Below, piece after piece: positions 1-12,529 of a stretch of 64,000 bases of DNA. The DNA is from Octopus vulgaris (Eukaryota). The stretch lies in the NCBI GenBank assembly GCA_951406725.2, contig OX597817.1, forward strand, positions 44,206,001 to 44,270,000. The letters run 5' to 3'. The translations under genes were made by a program, and so were the position numbers. Positions within the stretch are counted from its first letter, which is position 1; the number at the start of each line of letters is the position of its first letter. Under the pieces are notes generated by a model that saw nothing but the letters and a program-made list of their open reading frames with translations, was not told where the DNA came from and ran no database searches.

Positions 1-587
1 GTCAGGTACAGTTTTTCTCTCATTAGATCTTATAGTTAAGTCTTCTAACACCTGTAACTATAAATGGATTCGTCTTGTTATCAAGAAGATTAATCAAAAT
101 AAATGAATGCAAAAGAGGAAACAGCCAAGTCTATTATAACAGGAAACGATAGGAGTTATTGGACACAAAGAAATAACGAATGACGATGAATCAATTCTGC
201 TGAGTGCATTTCAAACTATGAACATACAATATATTTTCATGGTGAATTTTATTACGCCTGTCAGTCCCTGCTTACTCGCCTTCACTACGCATGTCCACTT
301 CTTCTAGTCATATCAATTACTTGTCAATGTTCAACGTGTCCTCATTTCATTTGAAGTTGATAACCTTTTATCGGCTGAATCTAGATATCGAGAACATTGT
401 TATACTAATCAGTTGTATACTAATTGTTTTCACTGAATTAGATAGTGACTTGTAGTCACTTTACAAATTTTACACACACACACACTCTTATATGCTGAGC
501 ATCCGCTTGCATGTGCGTATGTGACTTCATAAAAATACGAATCTTTAACACAGTGAGGCTGAATATATATTCATTGTACATTAGGAA

Positions 588-1003
588 GGCGGCGAGCTGG
601 TAGAAACGTTAGCGCGCCGGGCGAAATGCTTAGCAGTATTTCGTCTACCGTTATGTTCTGAGTTCAAATTCCACCGAGGTCGACTTTGCCTTTCATCCTT
701 TCGGGGTCGATAAATTAAGTACCAGTTACGCACTGGGGTCGATATAATCGATTTAATCCGCTTGTCTGTCCTTGTTTGTTCCCTCTGTGTTTAGCCCCTT
801 CTGGGTAGTAAAGAAATAGGTATTTCATCTGCCGTTACGTTCTGAGTTCAAGTTCCGCCGAGGTCGACTTTACCTTTCATCCTTTCGGGGTCGATAAATT
901 AAGTACCAGTTACGCACTGGGGTCGATATAATCGATTTAATCCGTTTGTCTGTCCTTGTTTGTCCCCTCTGTGTTTAGCCCCTTGTGGGTAGTAAAGAAA
1001 TAT
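588..1003 (+). mobile_element. tRNA-derived SINE, family A (head plus two tandem ~183-bp body units)
   Basis: Starts GGCGGCGAGCTGGTAGAA (A-box-like) and has GAGTTCAAATTCC (B-box-like). The core is GACTTTGCCTTTCATCCTTTCGGGGTCGATAAATTAAGTACCAG. The body is repeated from ~819. 19-bp TSD ATATATATTCATTGTACAT at 563-581 and 1004-1022. Many homologues in the window. Confidence 0.9.
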
Positions 1004-1241
1004 ATATATATTCATTGTACATAAGTGTCTAAACTGATTCACAGTTTATATATACACATGATTTCTCTGTGCTTTAGTTATATATATGACTATAACTTTA
1101 GTTATATACAAATTGCAAGTATACACATAATTAAAATCGATGACTGTTACTCATCTTTTAGAATGTTTTAGCATCTCTATAGCATTATATTGTAACTCTA
1201 AGTTTCTTTACGACTGACACAAGCAGATAGACGTAGACACA

Positions 1242-1279
1242 CTTGATGAGAGGGCAGTAACCAGTCGAAACTAGTCGAG
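1242..1279 (+). ncRNA. degenerate minimal type-I hammerhead ribozyme motif (Penelope-like pLTR relic)
   Basis: cTTGATGAG-agggcagtaaccagt-CGAAAC-ta-GTC-gag matches CUGANGA...GAAA...GUC with a palindromic ACTAGT stem III. The first core base and the stems are eroded. Confidence 0.45.
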
Positions 1280-1389
1280 CTGTTGTTCAGTTTATTCTGC
1301 TAAAAGACCCTCGTGGATTCACCAGAGTTTACCTGTTTGTTAGATGGGTTGTGAACATATTCGCAACACACACGTTTATATGCACGCAT

Positions 1390-1428
<39 letters not shown>

Positions 1429-1546
1429 TACATACATACATAAGTATATACATGTGTGTGATGTGGTGTAACTTTAGGTGGTCTAATGAGATGGTATGCT
1501 GCAATTTAAATAGTTAATTATTCTGTCGTTTTCCATACATATATAC

Positions 1547-1581
<35 letters not shown>

Positions 1582-2647
1582 GAGAGAGAAAGAAAGAAAC
1601 AGACAGATAGAGAGTGGCTTAATAGAGAGAAGGTATTTCCTAGGTTGAATTATGTGATCAACTCTTAAGAAAAACTCTTCATGGACACTTAATATACCCG
1701 GATTCGTTCTTGCACACGAACCGTACAACCGGACGGAAGTCTGTGTGGAACAGCAATCCTGATTATATAATCTGCTTGTCTCTCTCTCCCTATCTTTCCT
1801 TTCCCACTCTTTCTCTGTCCATGTATATATGTATTATGTATTTATATATATATATATACATACATACATATATATTTATATATATGTATATATATATATT
1901 GTGGCTATTCGTCTGTGAAGATCACGTTGATCTCACTCTGTGGTGGTCTCTTAGTAGTTTATTATGTTTCCGGAAGGCTCTTTTTGGCTACTGGTTGACT
2001 TGAGCCAGGTGCGCATCTGGCCTGTGCAGTTACTTTCAAATAAAATCACAGTACTTTTAGGACACGGATCGATCGATCTCTTTTTCTATACAGAAATACT
2101 TGTTGAGTCATTAAAGTCTTTATTTAGATCTTGTAAGAAAATGTTGCAGCCGGTAACCAAGCAGATAACCTCCAATTTTGTAGTACTCGCTTGCTATTCT
2201 AGCGGGCCTAGCGGCCCATTTCCTTTATAGGGCTTTGATAACTCCCTTGATTTCTGTGTTAGTATCACTTACTATGCTGCGCTGGTTGAAATATTGTTTT
2301 CTACATCTGAGTTACTTCTGGCTGATTTGAAAATAAAATGGTAAATGAAGAGGCACCCAGGAAACATTTGCAATGCATAGATCTATACATGTGATTTGTG
2401 AAATGTGACTCTGAGGGAACTGGCAGAGAAAAAAGTCACCTTTCAGTAAGTAAATTAACATCGTAGTGTTGTAGAATTTATTGTGTAGTTACTATATTTC
2501 GTACAGTTTAAACAGTCTAATGCGTAGAAGTAAATAAATAAATAATTAAATATTCAACATACGATGGATGATGTAATAGAAATGATGTAACCAAGAACAG
2601 ACAATAAAAGAAATAATACATTATATATTTGTTTTAATCACTTGTTG

Positions 2648-2719
2648 AGAAGAGTGTCGCAGTGGAAGCGTGCTGGATCCATAACTCAGAGCTTCGCAAT
2701 TTGAAACTATCCTCTGCAA
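2648..2719 (+). pseudogene. initiator tRNA-Met (CAT) pseudogene
   Basis: The 72 nt AGAAGAGTGTCGCAGTGGAAGCGTGCTGGATCCATAACTCAGAGCTTCGCAATTTGAAACTATCCTCTGCAA are colinear with metazoan tRNAiMet (AGCAGAGTGGCGCAGCGGAAGCGTGCTGGGCCCATAACCCAGAGG...GATCGAAACCATCCTCTGCTA). The anticodon stem and T arm are mutated. A T5 run lies ~15 nt downstream. Confidence 0.85.
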
Positions 2720-5639
2720 AGAGATCGATGCTGTTTTTGAAATTTATACATCGCAAATAATATGTCTACTGTTAATAACGGACAGGGCGAAAACTATTGA
2801 AAAGGTTGCAAGACGCAACGAAAATTTTAGGAAAATAAATATAAGAAAAAAGCGGAAATTTTACCGGTGAGTGTGTTATATTATAAGGCATAAAAAGAAA
2901 ATGACTCTCTCCAGACACAACAGAGATGTCTACTAATATACTAACAATATACATGTACATATATCTATTGGAATAAGTACAAATTATATGATGCAATAGA
3001 AATTTATTCACAGTCAAAGTGCCAGCAACTGTCAAAGCTACACCAAAAGTTAAGTTGCGTTGTGGATACAGGGGGCAACAAGACTTTGCGTTTAGTAAAC
3101 AGGATTTAAGGAATTATTGGCGTTTGTGTCGGAATTTTGTTAATCCCATTCATCTCAAACAAGACGGTTTTAGAATATCATCAACGTCCCCCACCCTCAA
3201 GCTAGAATTGATTTGAGTAATAATCTCCCGGATGATTCAGTTATGTTTGCTTTTATCGAGGAGCTTGCCTGTGAATGGATGGAACAAAAGTTGTGAAAAA
3301 CCCATGTGTATCACGTTTGTTAGTTGTTAGATTTCCTGAATTTCCTTTCTTCGTCTTTAATTTTTTAGGTTTGAGAAAATATTGCATTCCTGATAAAACA
3401 TTCCTTTTCTTTTGAACGCCGACAGTAATTTTTTGAGGCGACGAAAGCTTTTCTCTTTCCACCGTTGAGCTGTTGTAGTTGTTTGTTTGTAATTATCATC
3501 GAAGCAAGCTTGGCGCCTTTTCTCGAACCCATTGTTTCCTCACATAAAGTGAGGATAATACTCTTTATTGATTTCCGTGTTCGTCCACAGATAGTGGGAT
3601 TTGTTGAGGCAGCAGTTCTTCAAGAGACAGCAGTTCTTCAAGATAGTATCGAAACGTGTATACATGATTGACAGAGGATGTCAGCTCTGAATTTATTCTT
3701 GTTCTTCTGATATTTATGCTTTCATTTGGTCTAATCTTCATTTTTATGGAGGGCGAAACGAGGTGATGATCTGTCTAATGCTCGTCGGTACAGCATCAGC
3801 TCTTGTTTTCAGTACATCTTGTTGATCGCAAGATCGTCGGATGATATAATTGACGAAATGCCATTCTTTGAAGCATGGTTATTGCTAGGAGACTCCGTAC
3901 CTTGTGAAAGAGGGTCGTAATAATCCCTAGTTTGTGTTCATATCATTCGGTGATGAGTTGTTTCTATTGGAGGTGGCTTTGTCAACCTCCTTGCTGATTA
4001 TTCTAGTTCAGAGTTAATCAATTTCCCCTAGTTGATTAATGATATATTCTAAATGAATATTTTTATTACTCGGGACTAAAATATGAATTCGTCAAGTAGG
4101 GTAGAAGTTCTGTTATTCTTTTATCTTCAATGTCTAGAAATGGAGCATAGACGATTGGTGTGGAGGTTCTTGAATGGTTGGATTCGAAAAATCAAGAGAT
4201 ACTACATGAATCTCGGTACTTGCTCTTTTGGAGTGTGATATAGGAGTGTTTCTGGCGGCAAACCACTTTGATTGTTCAGGATGATATATTTCCAGGAGTG
4301 GAGATGGTGGGTGGGGAAGTTGATTTCGCATTGCTTTCTTTTTAGGCGTCTTCTCCAGCTCACGGTAACAATGTCGAATATTTGAAGTTCCCAGGCATAA
4401 AGATAGTTCTCTTGGACGATCTGTCGGAGTTTGGGGTGTCCATGAGAGTTCATGTATTCCAAATTCCAAATTCAGTAGTTTATTTTTGATTTTCAAGTGT
4501 TTGAACATGATTTCATTAGATGTGGCTTTCCACGCAGGTGAGATGAAGACTACTAGTTTGGTTTTCTTCACCTAGATGTGTTGAGCTGATCTTAGATTAC
4601 GGTTCAGGCTTAAATGCTGCTGCTGAACAACTACTCTGCTTCTTTTCAAAAGGTGAGTGATTGAATGAAGTATTCTGGTTCTTGTATAGGAACTTCCAGC
4701 ACCCATTTGCTTGCTTCCAACGCACATTCTCGATCACCAAAAAATCTTTAAAATTTTCTGAAGGTACACAGAACGGTGACGTCTTCGGGTGTGTTTGCTC
4801 AAAGTGTATTTTTGATTCACTTCAAGATACATACAATTTTGGCACATTGACCAACTAAATACAGTGGGATCCCCAGCTCTCAAGACACTTGAAGCTGACG
4901 GATCTGTTGCAAACTTCATTCATCAGGTTTCTGTCCTGATTGCTGTAATCCAGCTGTAAGTATCAATTCTTAGTCTCTTTAAGTTGTATTCAATCGTTAA
5001 CCAACTACAAACAAAGTTTTCTCCATTCTTTGACCATACCCAAGCCAACAGAGGTTTCCTTCTACTGACATTTCTTTAGCTTTCTCTACGCTTAGCTTTC
5101 TGTAACATGATAGTGTTCCTGATCCTAACATCCCAGATGATGATCATGACTTGCACCATGAATCCATACAGTTTTTACCTGTTTGCTGTGAACCGTTTAT
5201 GGCTCAGATTCATAAAATAGAGTACATAATTATATTGCTCGGTATACGTTAGAATTCACAAGCATTCTTTGTTGTTCCACAGTCATTCGCTCATCACCTG
5301 AATTTCAGAATGGCCTTGCACATCCCAATTAGGTTTTCACTAAGGTAATTATGGGGAGAATCCTCGTATACAAATTTGCCATAGTTCTACCCCAGGTTCA
5401 CTGTCGATGCATCATGGATATAGTTTTCTGTTTCCGTCAGATTCAGGAAAAATGTGTAGAGCAAAGTATATGATCTTCATTGACATCATGGAATCTTTTG
5501 GTATATAAAACTCAACAACGGGTCTGTAGTGACTGATGTTTCAGTGAGGGTCAAGCAGGATTGACTGCTGGTGCCAAAGGTTTCTTATCACTCTTTCTGT
5601 CATCAGTGTTCAAGGAGATGATATTCTATATCTTAAGCG

Positions 5640-5643
<4 letters not shown>

Positions 5644-5691
<48 letters not shown>

Positions 5692-5855
5692 TATATGTAT
5701 ATATATATATGTGTACCTGCATATGTGTATATGTATATGTATGTACGTATGCATGTGTGTATGACTGGATAGATATTTATACATATATATTTGCGTGTGT
5801 GTATGTGTGGGTATATGTATATACATATACACATGTATCTATCACGCAAGTTAGC

Positions 5856-5886
<31 letters not shown>

Positions 5887-6257
5887 TCACACACACAAAT
5901 GTATGCATAAACTATCAGCTGCACACTTGACTGCATTGTATAGAGGCTGGATATCCCTCTCTTATCGGTATTGAAATCAAATCAGGCTATTCCTCTTTGA
6001 GTGGTGAAAAAGCAAAAAAAAACAGCAAGACAGATAATTAAAAGTCACATCGTCTTCCTCCACGATCTGAAAGCATAGAAAAAAAATTACAATATTATAA
6101 TTTTTATTGCAGCTAAGGCTTTCTCATATCGAAAGTTATTTCAATCTGTAAGATTCACTTTATGATTTGCATCACAATATACAATATACGCCTGTAATTG
6201 TGAGTAAATATTATACACACGCATACACACACACACACACACACGCGCGCACACACA

Positions 6258-6343
<86 letters not shown>

Positions 6344-6379
6344 CGTACATAACACAAGCGCAAACACATATACATACAT

Positions 6380-6439
<60 letters not shown>

Positions 6440-6462
6440 ACATATATAGACACAGACTTATG

Positions 6463-6503
<41 letters not shown>

Positions 6504-6645
6504 GATAAACACACGCGAAGGTCTATGTATGTATGTATGCATGTATCTATCTGTCTATCTATCTATGTTTATCTAATCTATCGTATGTGTCTTTATGAGT
6601 GTGGGTGGATGTGATGAGTATGTCTGTTTTTATGTTTCTGTGTGC

Positions 6646-6690
<45 letters not shown>
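5644..6690. repeat. compound (TA)n/(CA)n/(TATG)n microsatellite field
   Basis: Directly visible dinucleotide and tetranucleotide runs; the source of the YIYI/HTHT/VCVC ORFs. Confidence 0.95.
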
Positions 6691-6691
<1 letters not shown>

Positions 6692-7329
6692 ATAAATATG
6701 AATAGAGATATGAGAGTAATTAGAAGGTACAATTTTTTTTAATCATTGTCACTAGCTTATTATTAGTGTATACAATGGGCCATAGTTGAATCAGGGCGGT
6801 GTAGATATTGAAGCACCAAATGATAATTAGTTTATCAATCAGTTGTTTAGCAATCAAAGGGCAGATCATCCAGGCAGAAGTTTTTTATTGCCGACTCATT
6901 AAATTCCTAATTGCTGTTATTAACATTATTCACTCGAATATAGAAGATATTTAGCATCTGTTTAATCATTTAATGAAAGCACTGATGGCCAATTCAATAG
7001 AAGACTAGACAACCAACCAAAAGATCGGTTCACTTATTGTACGCACTCTGTTAGTAGCAATTACAACGTGTCCGTGACAAATATACTCAATGTTCCAATG
7101 TGTCCGTCTTCTGCGTAGCTTGAAATACGTATCACAGGATTGAAACATCTCATCATTGCAATAATCCACAACACACGGTATACTGGAAAGGCATTTCGTT
7201 AGACTGTAGTGCTGGATTCACCATCTCCCATATAGAATGAGAAAACTTGTCAGAATTTCCTATAGATCAAGGTACATGAGCTTATAGTATTTTGCAAAGG
7301 TCTCCCTTCTAAAAGTATATATCTTTTTT

Positions 7330-7490
7330 TTTTTACTTGTTTTAGTCACTGGACCGCGGACTTGCTAGCACATCGCTTTGCAGGGTTTTGTCGATCAAAT
7401 TGAACTCAATACTTATTGTTTCAAAGATGTGCTACTTATTTGGTTTCTTTTGTTGAACTGATAATGGTACGGGGATGTAAAACCCCAAAA
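7330..7490 (-). mobile_element. SINE family B, degenerate 3' fragment
   Basis: TTACTTGTTTTAGTCACTGGACCGCGG...ACGGGGATGTAAAACCCC matches the reverse complement of the family B 3' half. Confidence 0.6.
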
Positions 7491-7773
7491 CACGCATAAT
7501 GTATATATATATATATATATAAATATGAATATATATATCGTTGCTATTATGCAAAAGTGTTGTAAGTTCAAAACGTTACTTTTTCAGAAAACGAAAATAC
7601 CAAAATCGTTGTACTACACTTTGACAATTTTTGATAGCTTGGCATCTTCTGAAGCAGCTGGAGATACGATAGCTAGACCAAAAGAACCAGCTATTGCAAG
7701 GAAAAATAAATATTGAAAAAAAAAAAACCCATTTTGCCAAATTTGGACATACGACAGTTTAACATAATAGTAA

Positions 7774-7809
<36 letters not shown>

Positions 7810-8017
7810 ACTATGACGATATTTAGACCTCTTATAAGGATATTTTTAGTCAAGATACTCTGGCTTAATATACTGTATTTTGAAGAGATATTTCTTTAAT
7901 GAATATAGTATATAAAATATAAAATATCAATTATTATTATTATATTTGAAAACGGAGAAATCTAATGGATGCAAATTAATTTATTAATTAATTAACATAT
8001 TCATCTACAATTGTTTC

Positions 8018-8052
<35 letters not shown>

Positions 8053-8289
8053 AGTGTGTGTGTGTGAGTGTGTGTGTGTGTATAGTTGCTAGGAAGGACT
8101 CAATATTTTGTTTTGCACCCTTAATATACCAATAAGCATATTAAAAGTTTACAAGTCAATATAGTGTCTTACTTTTGTGTTAGCAGTGAAATATTCTCAC
8201 TTCTGAGTTTATCTCCGTAGATTTTCTTTAGAATTCAGAGCAAACACTGAATATTACGACGCTTCCTATACAAATAAATGTATATGCAA

Positions 8290-8421
8290 ATTCTCTCATA
8301 GTGCATCGGTCGAACCAGAGCTGTAGAAGAAGACACGACCAAAGTTTCACACAGTGGGACTGAACCCCGAACCACGTGTGTGCAAAGCAAGCTTCTTAAA
8401 CATGCAACTATCCTTGCGCCA
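8290..8421 (-). mobile_element. SINE family B, 5' fragment
   Basis: GAAGACACGACCAAAG...CAGTGGGACTGAACCCCGAACCACGTG...CTTGCGCC is the reverse complement of the family B head. Confidence 0.7.
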
Positions 8422-8962
8422 ATATATACACAACAATTAACAGTTTGAAAGCGGTACAATGTATCAACTCACAGGAAATGTAATTCTTTCGTTAAGTTAA
8501 CCACCACAGAATATAGCAGAGAAAATTTTCGTTGGATAAGTAACAAAGTCAATGTCCTGGGCAAACAATAAGTATCATTGACGTCTATTAATGAAAACAT
8601 AAGTAGAAAAACAATAGATCTTCGCTACTGAATAAGAAGCGATTATGAAGATATCCGTTTAGGAAACCATCTTAACGCCTCTGCATTATAGTAACTGCGT
8701 TGTTTGTTTCTCAGTTTGTAATAAAAGTAACGTGTTTCTTCAATTTTTTAAAGTTCTACGAAGGCAGCAGAATAGTATCAGGTGATTTTAAATACCTTTT
8801 GGTAGAATGACCGATTTATTTCAATCTAAATGATATATCATGCATCGGATATATTTATTATCCATTTTAACTAAATATCCGTTCCACCGAAAACTATTCC
8901 TACTAATTATTGTGGATGAGAATACTGTATAGGTTCAGTATCCTAGAACATTATAATACATG

Positions 8963-9119
<157 letters not shown>

Positions 9120-9204
9120 TTAGAGACAAAACCACTATTTTGCAAAACAAACACGGAAAGACTTAATCAATACATAAAATTTTAATAAAAAGTAAAAAAA
9201 ACCG

Positions 9205-9247
9205 CCACTACAATTGTTTCATGTCTTGATCGACAATCTTCAGGTGG
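9205..9247 (-). ncRNA. minimal type-I hammerhead ribozyme, intact core
   Basis: The minus strand reads ccac-CTGAAGA-t-tgtc-gatcaa-gaca-t-GAAAC-aatt-GTA-gtgg. Stem I is CCAC/GTGG, stem II is TGTC/GACA, stem III is the palindrome CAATTG, and the cleavage triplet is GUA. It lies ~95 bp from the (TA)n tract at 8971-9111. Confidence 0.8.
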
Positions 9248-9309
9248 ATTTCCGATCTTAAATATCAATATTTTAAAATATAAGTATAAAAAATAATAAT
9301 TTAAAAATA

Positions 9310-9644
9310 ATTGGGGAGAGCGTATTGTTGTGTATGTCGGGTTTGGTACGTATGTATATGGGTATGTGGGGGGGTGTACGTATGTGTTGTGTGTGTGTGT
9401 TTTGCGTATGTGTGTTTGTGTGTGGATGTATATATGGAGATTGCTATGTGGGTGTAATTGTGTATGGTGGGGGGAGTTTTGTCATTGTATGTGTATGGGT
9501 TTCATTTGTCATGGTGGTTTGTTGGTGATTTGTGGTCTGTTGAAGAGCGTAGGCTCGAAATGTAAAAGACATTCTCACTTCCCGAGCGTTAAACTAATAT
9601 ATCTGTTTGTTTACACACCCGTCTTCGACTTTTGCTTTGTCTTT

Positions 9645-9650
<6 letters not shown>
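9310..9650 (+). mobile_element. Penelope-like element pLTR fragment with degenerate hammerhead (9535-9570)
   Basis: CTGTTGAAGAGC-gtag-GCTCGAAATGTAAAAGAC is followed by ...CCCGAGCGTTAAACTAATA...TTTGTT and a T-rich tail running into (TA)n. The layout parallels 59225-59370. Confidence 0.6.
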
Positions 9651-9696
<46 letters not shown>

Positions 9697-9699
<3 letters not shown>

Positions 9700-9960
9700 G
9701 TAGAAGGTTGAAAAATAATACACGAGTTGATATGTATAAGGAAAATAAGACTAGGTAGAAAATGCTAAAATAGATTTATCATGAAACATATTTTGTAAAG
9801 GTTAGTACCAGTTTCACTCTTTTCGACTTTTGCAACTAAGAGTAAAAAAACAAAAACAATTAAATTGAAGAAAAAATTGAATGAAATGTTTTGTAAATAT
9901 TTCCATAGTCTTCAAATAGGTAGGACATTTTCCATTTTTTTTTTTTGTCTGTATTTTTTC
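9697..9960 (-). mobile_element. probable Penelope-like pLTR fragment with degenerate hammerhead (9802-9839)
   Basis: The minus strand reads ttag-TTGCAAA-agtc-gaaa-agagt-GAAAC-tg-GTA-ctaa, with stem I TTAG/CTAA retained. The fragment abuts (TA)n. Confidence 0.4.
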
Positions 9961-10284
9961 CTTTTGTGGCGGTTCGGTAGGTAGTAGCAAATTTGAAGAA
10001 ATATTGTTTATGGGGACAGAGAAATATTTAGTTCTGAAGACTGATGGTTTGTTTAAGCTGCTGCTTAAAGCATTTTCTGCCTTGTCTTATTTTCCTTACA
10101 CACACACACATACACACACACATACACACACGCACACGCACGCGCATACACTTGTTTACGGGAAACCTTTTGAATATGAAAATAAATCTCCTATTGCATT
10201 ATACCGGCCACAGTCTGGTACTGCTGACTGGTGAACCAGTTTGTGGGGTTGCATCACGCTGTACCGATATAATGTAGGATAAAT

Positions 10285-10739
10285 ATAGTAATAATAATAA
10301 TAATTCTGGGATGGATTTTATAAACATTTAACGCATCGCTATGCGCGTTTCTACAAATCGCATGTCTCCTAAGATCACAGTCCGTATTCCTGGGATGATT
10401 ATAGTGTAGTCCGTATTATCCATGGGCAGCGGGTAGGTCATCTTCATAGATTCATTTTTTCAGGTGATATAACATTGATGGATGTTTATCCCTCTTGACC
10501 AGTGCCAAGGTCAAAAGAGGTAGACTTTCCTCTGATAAACATTCATTAATGTTATATCGCCTGAAGAAATTAATGCATGAAGATGATCCACTCTATGCCC
10601 ACGGATACTACGGACTACAATGTAATCAGCTCAGGAATGAGGATTGTAATCTTAAGAGACAAGTGATATGTGGAAACGCGCGTAGCGATGCATTAAATGT
10701 TTATAAATTCCATCAAAGGATTATTGTTACTATTACTAT
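10285..10739. repeat. long foldback inverted repeat (~205-bp arms, ~80% identical), MITE-like or hairpin-RNA-like
   Basis: 10285-10490 is the reverse complement of 10534-10739, e.g. GATGGATTTTATAAACATTTAACGCATCGCTATGCGCGTTTC vs GAAACGCGCGTAGCGATGCATTAAATGTTTATAAATTCCATC. The loop has its own hairpin, CCTCTTGACC...GGTCAAAAGAGG. Confidence 0.9.
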
Positions 10740-10769
10740 GTGTGTGTGTGTGTGTGTGTGTTTATGTGC

Positions 10770-10809
<40 letters not shown>

Positions 10810-10869
10810 TGTGTGTATCTGTGTGTCTGTGACTGATGTGCACATATAAGTATGTGTACAAACCTCCCT

Positions 10870-11815
10870 TTTCTTATCTCTTCCGTTCTCTGCAGAGAGA
10901 TATCGGGGATCATGCACTCCCACGCTCACTTGCCTAGTATTCAGTTTTGCACATTACTGACTCTCATTCACTGAAGTCATCTGATTTCTGTTGGGTATGT
11001 TCTGTCTGTGTTTTTCCTACCTTCATTTCCTTTCATTTTCTGTTTGTCAGCTGGAGCTGAAGGCTTATTCTTTTATCTTATGGTGTTTAGTGAACCGAGC
11101 CTAACGTCTCTTAGTGTTGTTGAGAATCTTTCTGGTGGTCTTTGCACATCTAATGAGTTCGATGTTTGTCATGATATCTGTATAAAATACACTCATTATT
11201 CATTTAAGGCATGGATGGGCTTTTGTACATTTTTGTTGATATTCAAGGTCAAAAGACCATATGTAAGGACGAATCTTATGTATGCCTCTAAGTCTCTTTT
11301 CTTCACTCTTATTGACAGCAATTCACGTAGCAATATATATTTCATTTCACCATAAGTGGTCTTGTCTTGGCCAATTTTCAACTTAATTTCTTTGATGATT
11401 TTTCCATTTCATGCAATGATCGTTTTTACATATTTAAAAATATCGTCTTCTTTCAAGGTTGTTCCATTAATTCTTTTGTTGTAAATTAATGTTTTCTTTG
11501 AAATTGTCTAGCTGTTAAGACTTAGGCACATATTAACAGCAATATTTGTAGATCTTTCTCTGTTGTAATATGAAAACTTCATCGTCTGCATACTTGGTAT
11601 TGCTGACATTTTCTCTTATCTGCATAATAGGTCGTATAATTATTTTGCAGTATAATGGAAACAGTTTTGCGAACAGTACACATACCTGTCGTACTCCTCT
11701 CATAGCTTTCTCATACTATCCTGTCACATTTTCTATGCTGATTGCTGCTGTTTCTATCCAATATACTTTCTTGATTATTCGCAAATATTTTCTTACCAGC
11801 TTTATATCTTTTAAC
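10870..11815 (-). mobile_element. degenerate RTE-clade LINE reverse transcriptase fragment
   Basis: Minus-strand peptides include GVRQVCVLFAKLFPLY (GVRQGCxLSPxLFN motif), NVSNTKYADDEV (RT YADD) and LSIRVKKRDLEAYIRFVLTYG. Many stops and frameshifts. Confidence 0.8.
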
Positions 11816-12273
11816 ACACATATGTGCACATATCTATTGACATGACATATATACACACACATATAGAAATATATATTGATACACGCACGAACACACATAT
11901 ATTGATACACACACGAACACACAAATATTATTACTCCGATTACAGCGGCTGTGAATACTACTTTGAGCTTCATATTTTCCCGTCAAAATTCGAATACTGC
12001 GCATAAACCTTCAATTGACTGCGGTAAACTGCGCCGCCGCGCACAAGATATGGAAAAATAATTGTTTCTAATTTAGTCACAAAGCACAACAATTTTGAGA
12101 AGAGTAAATCGTCGGTGGCATCGATCGCAGTACACGATTGGTACTTTATTATATCCACCCTGGAAAGATGGGGGCTAAGATGTCCTCGGTGCCATTAGAA
12201 CTCAGAATGTACAGAATTAGAATAAGAAGCGAAAAATAGCGCATTATAATCTTTAATTCCGTTTTCTTATTTC

Positions 12274-12277
<4 letters not shown>

Positions 12278-12315
<38 letters not shown>

Positions 12316-12338
12316 TCTCCCTCTCTCTCTATATATAT

Positions 12339-12397
<59 letters not shown>
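12278..12397. repeat. (CT)n followed by (GATA)n microsatellite
   Basis: Directly visible. Confidence 0.95.
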
Positions 12398-12399
12398 TT

Positions 12400-12516
12400 A
12401 GTTCAATTTCCGTATTGGGCTGTGTATTGTGCTCTTGAGCAAGACACTTTATCTTACGTTGCTCCAGTTCACTCTGCTGTAGAAATGAGTCGCGATGTCA
12501 ATGGTGCCAAGCTGTG
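12400..12516 (+). mobile_element. SINE family C fragment
   Basis: TGTGCTCTTGAGCAAGACACTTTATCTTACGTTGCTCCAGTTCACTC...AAATGAGTCGCGATGTCAATGGTGCCAAGCTGT. Its 3' part matches the reverse complement of 22058-22090. Confidence 0.6.
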
Positions 12517-12529
12517 TTAGTAAAAAATA

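Noticed and set aside
588-680. SINE heads as functional tRNA genes
   Set aside because: They have A/B-box-like motifs but no complete cloverleaf, and they continue into multi-copy SINE bodies with TSDs.
5561-6542. Many ORFs rich in YI/VC/HT dipeptides (also 8910-9166, 19656-20950, 39768-40401, 47009-47511, 58710-60168)
   Set aside because: These are translations of (TA)n, (CA)n and (TATG)n microsatellites, which lack stop codons in most frames.
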